DNA of 63,035 nucleotides, filler included, from Octopus bimaculoides (Eukaryota): NCBI RefSeq assembly GCF_001194135.2. It is 3 parts of 2 records of this genome, joined end to end, with 100 filler letters (N's around TTAATTAATTAA, not from the genome) between each part and the next. Parts side by side here need not be neighbours in the genome. Positions count along the whole stretch, not along the records: positions 1 to 21,050 come from NC_068981.1; positions 21,151 to 51,927 come from NC_068985.1; 1 more part is not named here. One strand, written 5' to 3'. Below are positions 12,282-24,435 of this stretch, in pieces (the first letter of the stretch is position 1; every line of letters starts with the position of its first letter). A program made the translations under genes and the position numbers. The notes beneath the pieces are model-generated. The model was given only the letters and a program-made list of their open reading frames with translations. It was not told the origin of the DNA and searched no databases.

Positions 12282-12300
12282 AAGAAATAGCAGAGAGAGG
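12108..12300. repeat. (GA)n/(GAAA)n microsatellite block
   Basis: Direct reading; gives spurious ER/SL ORFs. Confidence 0.95.
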
Positions 12301-12414
12301 AAGAGATGAGTAGAATCAGAGACATGCGTGAGAGTGGAGAGGTAAGACAGAAGCTGATGAAAGATGAGACAGGAAGAGATGAAAGAGATGAGATGAAAGA
12401 AAATATGAATGAGA

Positions 12415-12600
12415 GAGAAAGTATTGGTTTCCAATTCCGACACAAGGCCAGTAATTTTGGGGGAGGGGGTAAGCCAATTACATCGACCCCACCAGGACTC
12501 AACTGGTGCCAAATTTTATTGACCCCAAAAGAATGAAAAGCAAAGTTAATTCCAGTGGAACTTGAATCTCAGAATGTGAAGGCAGACAAAATGTTGCTAA
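12415..12600 (-). mobile_element. tRNA-derived SINE family C, diverged
   Basis: Similarity to 13301-13502. Confidence 0.6.
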
Positions 12601-12917
12601 GTATTTTGCTTAGCAACTCACCATTTTTGTGTGAGGGAGAGAAAATTTAACATTTAGTAAACAGGATGTTATTTCACCCGATTGAGCAGACATGAGATTA
12701 AAGCATTCCAGCCATGACCATCAGCACATATTTTTAGGCAAAATTTATCCTGTACTTCTACAATCCAATGTCTGTGTTATAAAGTGGTACTAAATGATGA
12801 GATACTCAGCTGTTATTTCTAGCAGGTCAAGCAATTATGAAGAACAAGAATAGAAGAACTTCCCGACCTAGTTCTACAGAAACCCTAACTGGACAACATA
12901 TTCCATGGGATACAGAT

Positions 12918-13185
12918 GCAAGCATTGCTGTGTGGTGAGAAGCTTGCTTCCCAACCACATGGTTCTGGGTTCAGTCCCAGTGCATGGCACCTTGGGCAAG
13001 TGTCTTCTACTATGACCTTGGCCTGATCATCACCGTTTAACGTCCATCTTCCATGTTGGCATGGGTTGGACGGTTTGATAGAAGCTGCCAGGCAGGAGCC
13101 TGCATCAGACTTCTGTGTCTGTTTTGGTAGGGTTTTTATGGTTGGGTGTCCTTCCTAACACCAACCACCCCACAGAGTGGACTGA
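12918..13185. mobile_element. SINE family A head (+) joined to an RTE-tailed element (-)
   Basis: GCTGTGTGGTGAGAAGCTTGC..CACCTTGGGCAAGTGTC then CATCACCGTTTAACGTCCATCTTCCATGTTGGCATGGGTTGG. Confidence 0.6.
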
Positions 13186-13300
13186 TGTGTGTGTGTGTGT
13201 GTGTGTGTGTGAGTGTGAGTCCCTACCACTGCTGGACAATTGGTGTTGGTTGTTTACATCCCCATAACCTAGCAGTCCAGCAAGAGACCATTAGACCATA

Positions 13301-13502
13301 GGGCGGCGAGCTGGCAGAAATGCTTAGCAGTATTTCGTCTGTCTTTACGTTCTGAGTTCAAATTCCGCTGAGGTTGACTTTGCCTTTCATCCTTTCGGGG
13401 GTCGATAAATTAAGTACCAGTTATGCACTGGAGTCAATGCAATCAACTTAATCCGTTTGTCTGTCCTTGTTTGTCCCCTTGTGGGCAATAAAGAAATAAG
13501 AG
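13301..13502 (+). mobile_element. tRNA-derived SINE family C (central domain resembles the MetaSINE domain)
   Basis: GGCGGCGAGCTGGCAGAA head, GAGTTCAAATTCC B box, GCCTTTCATCCTTTCGGGGGTCGATAAATTAAGTACCAG; more than 12 copies in window; Meta assignment from memory. Confidence 0.75.
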
Positions 13503-14224
13503 ACCATTAGAACAAGTATCAGGCTTTAAAAAAATTAAAAAGTGGGGCCCCGATTCATTTGACTGAAAATTCTTCAAGGCAGCGTTCCAGCCAAGAAAAA
13601 TTTTTTTTAAATCTAACAGGATGGTCCTGGCCAGAACACCNNNNNNNNNNNNNNNNNNNNNNNNNNNNNNNNNNNNNNNNNNNNNNNNNNNNNNNNNNNN
13701 NNNNNNNNNNNNNNNNNNNNNNNNNNNNNNNNNNNNNNNNNNNNNNNNNNNNNNNNNNNNNNNNNNNNNNNNNNNNNNNNNNNNNNNNNNNNNNNNNNNN
13801 NNNNNNNNNNNNNNNNNNNNNNNNNNNNNNNNNNNNNNNNNNNNNNNNNNNNNNNNNNNNNNNNNNNNNNNNNNNNNNNNNNNNNNNNNNNNNNNNNNNN
13901 NNNNNNNNNNNNNNNNNNNNNNNNNNNNNNNNNNNNNNNNNNNNNNNNNNNNNNNNNNNNNNNNNNNNNNNNNNNNNNNNNNNNNNNNNNNNNNNNNNNN
14001 NNNNNNNNNNNNNCGTGCCTGTTCTTTCTGTCTTGCAATTTGCCTGGTGGTATCACTGATGCTGATGCCATGTAAAAGGCACCCATCTCACACACACACA
14101 CAGTAGGGTGGTAGTTTTATGAAGGGTATCCAGCAGTAGAAGACGTACCAAAGATGACACTGGAGTTCAGCACAGCCCTGAAGCTTATTGGATCCTGTCA
14201 ACCCACACCAACAAGGAAAATAAA

Positions 14225-14442
14225 CACTCTTTTCTAATCTAAGCACAAGGCCCGAAATTTCGGTGGAGGTGGCCAGTTGATTAGATCGACCCCAATACGC
14301 AACTGGCATTTAATTCATCGACCCCGAAAGGATGAAAGGCAAAGTCGACCTTGGCGGAATTTGAACATAGAACGTATAGACAGACGAAATACCGCTAAGT
14401 ATTTCGCCCGGTGTGCTAACGATTCTGCCATCTTGCCGCCTT
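14225..14442 (-). mobile_element. SINE family C
   Basis: Reverse complement of the family C pattern. Confidence 0.75.
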
Positions 14443-14477
14443 AAAGGAAAATGAACATTAAATGATTAAAACACTCA

Positions 14478-14715
14478 CGTTGGTGCCACATAAGGAGCAC
14501 CTACGATGGTGCCACATAAGGAGCACCTTTGCCAGTGTCACATAAGGAGCAGCTTTGCTGGTGCCGCATAAAAAGCACCGAGTACACTCCTTAAAACGAC
14601 TGGCGTTGGGAAGGCTGCCCAGCTGGAGAAACCATGCCGAAGCACACAATTGGAGCCTGGTGCCAGCTCCTGTCAATCCGTCCAACCCATACCAGCATGG
14701 AAAATGGACGTTAAG

Positions 14716-14749
<34 letters not shown>
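14478..14749 (+). mobile_element. Short non-coding element with tandem GGTGCCACATAAGGAGCAC units and RTE-type tail
   Basis: Four approximately 27-bp units, then GGCGTTGGGAAGG..CCAACCCATACCAGCATGGAAAATGGACGTTAAGT(GAT)n. Confidence 0.7.
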
Positions 14750-15184
14750 CTGTGTGTGGGCGTGCATGTGTAAAACCTTGTCTAGACATCACGTGATGGC
14801 TGCAAATGAGTATCGTTATACTCATGAGGTTGTTCATTTCCAGTCTTCCATGAAAAACATGTCTGGAGAAATATTACCTTGCTTGGAAACAAGGTGAGTG
14901 TTGGTGATGACGATGANNNNNNNNNNGATGGTGATGATGATGGGTGATGAAGAAGAGATTTATTGAAGTATGAATATCGACCATATTTGTAGCAAGACAT
15001 ATTCTAGTTTACGATTGGTGCTATCTGACACCCGTTAACTTAACAATTCCAGTAGAAGTGCCACAGCTGAGAATGGTAAATATCTTTTCTGACATTTACA
15101 TAAAATGAGATTTTTCTTCTAGAAAAACATTTTGCAGTTAAGAAAACACTAACAGTACTTAAGTTCAGAATGTGTATACACTGC

Positions 15185-15239
<55 letters not shown>

Positions 15240-15374
15240 TTTAACACCACATTGGGTTGGTGGGGTTTACAAATACATAGGTGTGTGTGTAGGTATGTGT
15301 GTGTGTATAGATAGATAGATAGATAGATAGATCAATGAAAATAGCCAGTGAAATCCATTCTCTCTCTCTTTATT

Positions 15375-15598
15375 TTATCTTATTTGTTTCTTATTTCTTT
15401 ATTGCCCACAAGGGGTTACACACAGAGGGGACAAACAAAGACTGACAAAGTGTGTAACTGGTAATTGATTTATCAACCGTGAATGGATGAAAGGCAAAGT
15501 CGACCTCAGCGGAATTTGAACTCAGAACATAACGGCAGACAAAATACCACAAAGCATTTCGCCCGGCATGCTAACGGTTCTGCCAGCTCACTGCCTTA
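15375..15598 (-). mobile_element. SINE family C
   Basis: Reverse complement of the family C pattern. Confidence 0.7.
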
Positions 15599-15922
15599 TT
15601 TTCTCTTATTTGTTTCTGTCGAAGAGTATAATCTCAAAACGTAAAAGACTTCTCCATTTTCCCTGAGCATCAAATTAATACACCTGCTTGTTGTTCATAC
15701 ATCCGTCTTCATCTTTGTTATTCTATAAATTTGAACTCTATATATGGAACAAACATAGAATTATTCGAAACCAGCATGGGGCAAGCGCTGAACAATATAG
15801 AACCAGCATATACATGTAGAATCAATGTAAAGGTACTTAGAACCAGAATCGAGGTACACAGGACCAGTATGGAGGTACAGAGAACCAACATAAATGTACA
15901 TAAATCTACCAAACCAAAAATA

Positions 15923-16392
15923 TTAACCCTTTTGTTACCAACCTGGTTGAAATCACCTCTGGTTGTATGGTACAAATGTCTTGTTTTCAAAAATTCTGTT
16001 AAAATCTTCCACCAAACCTTAGTCACAATTTATGTTCCTAATACTAGCTTAATGATAACTAAGTTATTTTCCTAATTTCTTTGTTATATTTAAAATGAAT
16101 AGAAAGAAACACAGAACATCTTAACATAAATATGGTGACAAAAGGGTTAACAAATGATTAATTTAACCCTTTCGTTACCAACCTGGCTGAAACCACCTCT
16201 GACTCTGTAGTACAAATGTCCTGTTTTCATAAGTTCTTAATTAAAATCTTCCACCAAACCTTAGTCACGATTTATGTTCCTAACACTACCTTAATGATAA
16301 CTAAGTTATTTTACTAAATTCTTTGTTATATTTCAAATTAATCGAAAGAAACACAGAGCATCTCAAAAGAAATACAGTAATGAAGGGGTTAA
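15923..16392 (-). mobile_element. Two tandem piggyBac-like TTAA MITE copies
   Basis: 15923-16150 and 16163-16392, each TTAACCCT...GGGTTAA; reverse complements of 8191-8419. Confidence 0.8.
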
Positions 16393-17139
16393 TATGGCTG
16401 TGCATTCAGATTTGCTTCNNNNNNNNNNNNNNNNNNNNNNNNNNNNNNNNNNNNNNNNNNNNNNNNNNNNNNNNNNNNNNNNNNNNNNNNNNNNNNNNNN
16501 NNNNNNNNNNNNNNNNNNNNNNNNNNNNNNNNNNNNNNNNNNNNNNNNNNNNNNNNNNNNNNNNNNNNNNNNNNNNNNNNNNNNNNNNNNNNNNNNNNNN
16601 NNNNNNNNNNNNNNNNNNNNNNNNNNNNNNNNNNNNNNNNNNNNNNNNNNNNNNNNNNNNNNNNNNNNNNNNNNNNNNNNNNNNNNNNNNNNNNNNNNNN
16701 NNNNNNNNNNNNNNNNNNNNNNNNNNNNNNNNNNNNNNNNNNNNNNNNNNNNNNNNNNNNNNNNNNNNNNNNNNNNNNNNNNNNNNNNNNNNNNNNNNNN
16801 NNNNNNNNNNNNNNNNNNNNNNNNNNNNNNNNNNNNNNNNNNNNNNNNNNNNNNNNNNNNNNNNNNNNNNNNNNNNNNNNNNNNNNNNNNNNNNNNNNNN
16901 NNNNNNNNNNNNNNNNNNNNNNNNNNNNNNNNNNNNNNNNNNNNNNNNNNNNNNNNNNNNNNNNNNNNNNNNNNNNNNNNNNNNNNNNNNNNNNNNNNNN
17001 NNNNNNNNNNNNNNNNNNNNNNNNNNNNNNNNNNNNNNNNNNNNNNNNNNNNNNNNNNNNNNNNNNNNNNNNNNNNNNNNNNCAACAACCCCTAACCCTC
17101 CACCAGGCCCCTTAGTTTTGGAGGTTGTTCATCAGATAT

Positions 17140-17632
17140 CCACTACAGCTGCAACATCTGTTATTGTGGACTGCTTCTACTACTACTACTACTACTACTA
17201 CTACAATTGATGATGCTACCACTCTACTTATGACTACCACCACCTCTACCACCACCACCACCGCCGCCGCCGCTCCTGCATCTACTATAATAGTAATGTA
17301 TATAGTACATGCATTCCAGTTAAAGGATATGGGGTGGCGATGGTGGTGTTTGTGGCACTGAGGTGGTAGTATGCATGGTGGGGGGTTGGGTCTCACACAC
17401 ACACACATACATACATACATACATACATACAAGTAAATATGTATTCTATATCCTAAAAAATTTACTGTGGGCAAACACACACACACAAACACATGCATTA
17501 TCAAATTATCATGTCCCTAATCTATACCCCTTCCCCCACCACCACAGGGGAAAGATGGAGCAATGAATACATCTAGCCTACATACACCCCCTTCCCCATA
17601 CATATCATCATCACCAGCAACACTTATAACAC

Positions 17633-17668
<36 letters not shown>

Positions 17669-17802
17669 CAGCAGCAGCAGCAGCAAAGTTCTCGCCACCC
17701 CACCTCCCGCCATTGCACCTTGACTGACTCAAAACAACAAACTTCCAGCCTACACTCTCAAGGAAGTTTAACATACCGCAAATATTTCTCCAGATACACA
17801 CA

Positions 17803-17835
<33 letters not shown>

Positions 17836-17920
17836 CCTACCCCCACACACACACGCGCACACACACACACACACACGCACACACCTACCCCCCCACACAC
17901 ACGCACACACCCACACACAC
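17140..17920. repeat. Compound microsatellite/low-complexity tract: (CTA)n, (CCA)n, (TAG)n(CAG)n, (CA)n
   Basis: Direct reading. Confidence 0.9.
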
Positions 17921-18277
17921 GTGCTTGTGTGTGTGTGTGTGTGTAAATATATATATTACATATATGTGTGTGTGTGTGTGTATTATTTATCTATTTATTT
18001 ACTAGTTTCAGTGAAAAGAGCTGAGGCCATGCTGGGGCACTGCCGTTAACTTTGCGATACTTTCATTGCTTGAAAACTCTAATGTGTGGCATCTGGTGAA
18101 GGGGGGTCTGATGTTGCTGCCCTCATCTGCATTCCCCACCAGGAGATGGGTTCATCCAGAACTCTAGACAAGAGGAAGTTCACCCCATGTAGGGCCTTCA
18201 GGCTTTTAGGGACAATATTAAAGAACTATGCAGATTTATATATACATACATAATATGTGTGTCTGTGTACATATGTG

Positions 18278-18328
<51 letters not shown>

Positions 18329-18340
18329 GTGTATATAGCT

Positions 18341-18715
18341 GCAGGAGTGGCTGTGTGGTAAGTAGCTTGCTTACCAACCACATGGATCCGGGTTCAGTGC
18401 CAGTGAGTGGCACCTTAAGCAACAAAGCCTTGTGAGTGGATTTGGTAGACGGAAACTGAAAGAATCCCGTTGTATATATGTATATGTGTGTGTACCGAGT
18501 TTGATTTTCAGCAGCTACTGGGACAACCTTGAGCATGCTACTTGACAACCGATGCTGGTGTGTTTACATCCATTTAACTTAGCGGTTCAGCAAAAGAGAC
18601 TGATAGAATAAGTTCTAGGCGGCTTACACAGAATAAGTCCAGGGATTGATTTGTCCAACTAAAGGTGGTGCTCCAGCATGGCCGCAGTCAAATGACTGAA
18701 ACAAGTAAAAGAATG
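18341..18715 (+). mobile_element. SINE family A
   Basis: Full head, CORE-like segment and tail. Confidence 0.8.
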
Positions 18716-18729
18716 AGTGTGTGGGTGTA

Positions 18730-19050
18730 TTCTTTTATTCTTTTACTTATTTCAGACATTTGACTGGGGCCATGCTGGAGCACCACCTTTTAGTTGAAGA
18801 AATCAACCCCTGGACTTATTCCTTCTAAGCCTGGTACATATTCTATCAGTTCCTTCTGCCAAACCACTAAGTCACGGGTTGTAAAAACACGAATATCGGC
18901 AATGAGGGGGTGGTGGGACAAAAACAGACACAAACAACAAACACATACATACATATATACATCAGGCTTCTTTCAGTTTCCATCTACCAAATCCACTCAC
19001 AAGGCTTTGGTCAGCCTGAGGCTACAGTAGAAGACACTTGCAGTGAGACT
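18730..19050 (-). mobile_element. SINE family A, tail-to-tail with the previous copy
   Basis: Reverse-complement similarity. Confidence 0.75.
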
Positions 19051-19066
19051 GAACCCGATATACATA

Positions 19067-19111
<45 letters not shown>

Positions 19112-19135
<24 letters not shown>

Positions 19136-19508
19136 TCTTTTACTCTTTTACTTGCTTCAGTCATTTGACTGCAGCCATGCTGGAGCACTGTCTTTAGTCG
19201 TGCAAATTGACCCCAGGACTTATTCCTTGTAAGCCTAGTATTTATTCTTTCGGACTCTTTTGCTGAACCGCTAAGTTACAGGGACATAAACACACCATCA
19301 TTGGTTGTCAAGCGATGTTGGGGGGACAAGCACAGACACACACATACAATGGGCTTCTTCCAGTTTCCGTCTACCAAATCTACTCACAAGACTTTGGTCA
19401 GCCCGAGGCTATAGTAGAAGACACTTGCTTAAGGTGCCACGCAGTGGGACTGAACTCGGAACGATGTTGTTGGTAAGCAAGCTACCTACCACACAGCCAC
19501 TCCTGCGC
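19112..19508 (-). mobile_element. SINE family A, near full length
   Basis: Reverse-complement similarity. Confidence 0.8.
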
Positions 19509-20029
19509 CTATGTGCATACATGCGTTTGTTGTTATGTGTGTATGAGCCTTTACGAGTGTATAAGTATCTTAGTGAGTGCATGTAGTCAAGTGCAGACTC
19601 TCCTACTTAAAATGATAACCTAAACATAAATTTTAATTAACTGAAATCAAGAGCACAATTAGTCATTTGTTTTAAGGGAAATTCGTTTAAAAATTTTCAT
19701 GGGAAACAACTCCAGAAATTTCCATCAACCAAAAGTGATAGGAAAATATGTATGGAAGATAAGGGAGACCGAGTTTGATCTTCAGCAGCTACTGGGACAA
19801 CCTTGGGCATGCTTCTGTCTTGTTAAACCTCTTTAGCCAAGTATAGACTATTCACTCGCAAGGTTTTGGTTAGCCTTGTGCTGACCCTGGCTGTTCTGTT
19901 TTGTTTGTTAATAAAGAAGAGGGACAAGTACAAAACAATTTCACTAGTATCTTCTTGATTGCAGTGGAGGGCTTAGAAGCTGATGTCTGTCACTTTACAA
20001 ACTACTTGCTTCACCCACTCTCGCCTCCC

Positions 20030-20345
20030 CCACACCACACCAAAACCTTGTGAGTGGATTTGATAGATGGAAACCGAAAGAAGCCCATTGCATATATGTG
20101 TATGTGAGTGTGTGTCTTTGCATCTGTGTTCATCCCTCCACCACCACCACCACCACCAACTAACAACCAGCGTTGGTGTGTTTATGGTACTATGACTTAG
20201 AGATTTGGCAAAAGAGTCCAATAGAAAACGTATCAGGCTTCACAAAAAGAAATAACTATTCAGGTCCAATTATTCAACTAAAAATTCTTCATGGTGGCCC
20301 CCAGCAGGGTCTCAGTCTAATGACAGAAACAAGTAGAAGATAAAC
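20030..20345 (+). mobile_element. SINE family A, 5'-truncated and diverged
   Basis: CCTTGTGAGTGGATTTGATAGATGGAAAC..CCCAGCAGGGTCTCAGTCTAATGACAGAAACAAGTA. Confidence 0.65.
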
Positions 20346-20527
20346 GATAAAAAAATTAAGCTTCTTAAATAGCACTTAACTGCATGCTTTTTATGCAGAA
20401 GGCATCCATGGGAAAGTTTCCCATTTCATTAACAGAAATAGTGTTGCTCTATGAAAATAATTCACTCATTAAGTAAATTAAAATATTTGGTGTTTGGAAA
20501 TTTCCCAGAGTTGCCTTTTGCATGAAG

Positions 20528-20579
<52 letters not shown>

Positions 20580-20754
20580 ACAAACATACACACACAGCAA
20601 GGTTACATATTCTAAGATAATATCAAAAATTCAACAATAAACATTTATAAATAAGAAGGAATTGTGTGTATGTTGTGTACTAAACAGCACCGTGGGATAT
20701 GAGAAAAATTCGCCAAATCACGTATGTGTGCGTGTCATCATCATCATCATCATC

Positions 20755-21050
20755 GTAGGTATATATATGTACATATATATAGTATATATATGTACACACA
20801 TATATATATGCATATATGTATATATATATATATACACATACACACACACATATATATATACACATATACATACATACATATCTATACATATATATATACA
20901 TACAAATATATATACATATATATATATACATACATATATATATACACATACATATATATATACACATACATATATATATACACATACATATATATATATA
21001 TATATACATATATATATACATATATACATATATATATACATATATATATA
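20755..21050. repeat. Compound (TA)/(TACA) microsatellite
   Basis: Direct reading. Confidence 0.95.
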
Positions 21051-21150
21051 NNNNNNNNNNNNNNNNNNNNNNNNNNNNNNNNNNNNNNNNNNNNTTAATT
21101 AATTAANNNNNNNNNNNNNNNNNNNNNNNNNNNNNNNNNNNNNNNNNNNN

Positions 21151-21727
21151 GAAGTTGTGACTGAGGGAGAAAGTGTATCGATTCTCTGGGACTTCCCCGT
21201 ACATACCGACAAGACTATAAAAGCTAATAAACCGGATATTATCATAAAAGATCAGACAAAGAAGACGTGTTTATTAATTGACATGAGTATTCCCTGTGAT
21301 CATAATATAGCGGCGAAAGAATTTGACAAGATCGGTAACTGTAAAGACTTGCTAATAGAAATTGAAAAAAATGTGGCACCTCAAGGCGACTACCATACCA
21401 GTGATTGTAGGATCTCTAGGAATGATAAAAAAAAAGGTACTGAAATCTATCTGAAAATGATACCAGGCTTACCATCTCTACAGGAGGTGCAAAAAATCGT
21501 GCTAACTGGAACGACTCATGTACTAAGAAGAGCATCATCGCTGTGAAAACAACATCCATTCATGATTTTTTTTTTTTCTTAAATACATGTTTTACCTATG
21601 AATTTGCGTGTGTAAATTGGGAATGCATACAACGTTTCTCTGCCCTAGGTGTACGGAAAACACTCGGCGAGAAATGGGAAAAAAATTTGAAGAAAGAAGA
21701 AAAAACAAACATAATAATAATAATAAT
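21151..21727 (+). mobile_element. R4/Dong-like non-LTR retrotransposon 3' end (restriction-like endonuclease)
   Basis: ILWDFPVHTDKTIKANKPDIIIKD..CLLIDMSIPCDHNIAAKEFDK; frameshifted MWHLKATTIPVIVGSLGMIKK; LQEVQKIVLTGTTHVLRR*; (TAA)n at the 3' end. Confidence 0.85.
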
Positions 21728-21734
21728 AAAAAAA

Positions 21735-21860
21735 GTAATAATGATTTCAAATTTTAGCTCAAAGTGAACAATTTTGAGGGAAAAAGAAAGTCAAAAACAT
21801 CGATCTCATTACTCAAATGGTATCGAATCCAAAGAATAAAAGATAAAGTCCACCTTGGAT
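21735..21860 (-). mobile_element. Diverged SINE family C 3' half
   Basis: GATTTCAATTTTAGCTCAAAG..CATCGATC..AAAGTCCACCTTGG resembles 12425-12560. Confidence 0.5.
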
Positions 21861-22139
21861 GAGAGGGGCTCTAATTTGTAACTCTTTACAAATTGCGACC
21901 TTAATCTCCCTCATTTCCTGATCAACTTGAACATGAACATGTTAGATACTTATATAAACTTCCAAACATTGCGTTAATATTCCTTTGATAATATTCCGGG
22001 GCTACTTTGATAACAAAAAAAAAGAAAAACAAAACAAAAGAAAACATGGACAACAGTTGTACATTCATCATTGCCAACAGTACCACAACACAACCATGAC
22101 ACTACCTTTTCCCATGACCTTCATCAACATCGCCGTTAC

Positions 22140-22740
22140 TTCTACCACCACCACCACCACTGCAATATAACCACCACCGCTGGCGCCACCACCACCACCG
22201 CTGGCGCCGCCACCACCACCACCGCCGGCGCCGCCACCACCACCGCCGGCGCCACCACCACACGGGCGGCGCCAACACCACCACCACCACCACCACAACC
22301 ACCACCACCACCACCACCACCATCACCAACACATTATGCACTCAGCTTTCCTTCATGTCACATCACTGACAGCGTTTCATGTTGCTGGTCCTGAAATAAA
22401 ATGAATGCTCTTTAGTTAATTGACGGTAATGAAAGAGTGGGAGAAGTGGTGATGACGGAGGCGGCAGCAGTAGCGCCGGCGACGGCGGCAGCGGTATAAT
22501 TAGCGCCTGGCTAATGGCGATGATGGATGTGTTAGAGTTTCACATTCTCGTAGTGGTGATGGTGGCGGTGGGGATTAAATCTAGAAGTGAAGCATACATG
22601 AATGAAGGCGGTAGCGTAAGTTGTATTAGTTGTATAACAACCAAACGCTGTACATGTGACGGACACAAGCGCCATCATTGTTCGCAACGATGGTGGTGTT
22701 GAAGCTGGTGGTAGTGTTGGTACTGGTGGTGGTTTGATGA
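22140..22740. repeat. GC-rich trinucleotide low-complexity tract: (CCA)n, (GCC)n, (GGT)n
   Basis: Direct reading. Confidence 0.85.
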
Positions 22741-23064
22741 CATTAATGGATGTCATTATAATTAACACTGATGAAAAGATGACGATGTTAGTAGAATAGA
22801 GAGGAAGACTGCCGCAGAGGCTGAGGTAATATTAGCAGGAATATTAGGAGTGGCGCTGTATGTGTTGTTCAGATTTGGTCGATCATTGGATTGAGGTCTG
22901 ATGTTCAAAATAGAAAGGTCGAGGCCCACGATCTAAACTTTCACCGGACATTTAATATTGTCTGGGGGTAAGCTGAAAGTCAAATCGATGAGGACGAAAT
23001 TGTAATATATACGGTTAAGAGAGACTTTAATAAAAAGAAATATGTGGTAATATGTGGAAATATA

Positions 23065-23113
23065 GGGGTGGCTGTGTGATAAGAAGCTTGCTTCCACACC
23101 ACATTGTTCCGGG
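23065..23113 (+). mobile_element. Truncated SINE family A head
   Basis: GGGGTGGCTGTGTGATAAGAAGCTTGCTTCC..TTCCGGG. Confidence 0.6.
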
Positions 23114-23114
23114 C

Positions 23115-23357
23115 TCGCGGGCCGCCAGACAGGAAGTCCCTAAGGGCCTCACCCTGATCCAGCTTCCCGCTCCTCCCGAACAACTCGGCAAAGTGCTTGT
23201 AAAGCGCCTCACATACCTCGTCCCATACGTCGACCGAACTCCCATTTACGTCAAGATGTTTTAGTCCAACAGGTCTTTGGGTCTGGCAATACGCCATAAA
23301 GTTAAAGCCTTTATGGACGGAAAACCCAGGGTAACCCCATTGACCTACCTTCACCAG
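23115..23357 (-). pseudogene. L1/Tx1-like LINE ORF2 fragment (EN-RT linker)
   Basis: GC-rich island translating HLDVNGSSVDVWDEVCEALYKHFAELFGRSG..LRDFLSGGPR; family call from recalled resemblance. Confidence 0.5.
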
Positions 23358-23756
23358 GAATATATATATATATATATATATATATANNNNNNNNNNNNNN
23401 NNNNNNNNNNNNNNNNNNNNNNNNNNNNNNNNNNNNNNNNNNNNNNNNNNNNNNNNNNNNNNNNNNNNNNNNNNNNNNNNNNNNNNNNNNNNNNNNNNNN
23501 NNNNNNNNNNNNNNNNNNNNNNNNNNNNNNNNNNNNNNNNNNNNNNNNNNNNNNNNNNNNNNNNNNNNNNNNNNNNNNNNNNNNNNNNNNNNNNNNNNNN
23601 NNNNNNNNNNNNNNNNNNNNNNNNNNNNNNNNNNNNNNNNNNNNNNNNNNNNNNNNNNNNNNNNATATAAACAATATATGAGTATATGCATATATATGTA
23701 CATGTATGTACATACCTTCATCTACATGTACATATAGATATATGTATGTAGTGTAT

Positions 23757-23800
<44 letters not shown>

Positions 23801-24309
23801 GTGTGTGGCTATATATTCATTGGGGAATTTTATGCTAATGACATTTGTATATAAATTGAAATAATCAAATTAAGAACAGTAGAAAATTTTTCTTATATGA
23901 TACATCATCCCTGAAATTAAATTGTCCAAGTTAATTTTCCTTGTTTTAAAAATAACACACCCAAGGCAGAGAAAGAAACGAATGAGCGGGTTATAAACTT
24001 TTGCTTATCCAGGCGCGCATCTGAAAAATCATGGGGATAACTGAATTAAATTCCAAAGCAATCAAGATAGTTATTAGAAGAAAAACTTGTTAATTAGCCT
24101 AAAACTTTGCTTCCCCGCCTCTCACTCTGTTACTTACTGTAGGTGAGTGTGTGAGAAAGTTTAAACTTACGTCTATGTTAGCTATCATTATTACTATTAT
24201 TCGTTCTTAGTTATACAGAAAAATCAGGCCCTGTCCTAGAAAAGATATGGCGGATTGTGATCTGATGAAACATTTCAATTTGTTGAAGCGTTCGTCTAGA
24301 AAGATTGAT

Positions 24310-24435
24310 TGGCGAATGGGCCAGTCGATTAGATCGACTCCAGTACGCAACTGGTAATTAATTTATCGACCTCAGCGGAATTTGAACTCGGAACGTAAAG
24401 ACAGACGAAATACCGATAAGTATTTCGCCCGGCGT
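24310..24435 (-). mobile_element. SINE family C, internally deleted
   Basis: Reverse complement of the family C pattern. Confidence 0.65.

Noticed and set aside
13301-13400. tRNA-like A/B boxes here and in other SINE heads
   Set aside because: They continue into SINE bodies and lack a full cloverleaf; not tRNA genes
21095-21106. Isolated TTAATTAATTAA island between N runs (also at about 51972-51983)
   Set aside because: Identical 12-mer with stops in all frames embedded in gaps; a scaffolding spacer artefact, not biology
22068-22394. Gly-rich or Pro/Thr-rich ORFs
   Set aside because: Trinucleotide microsatellite open in several frames on both strands; no splice or domain support
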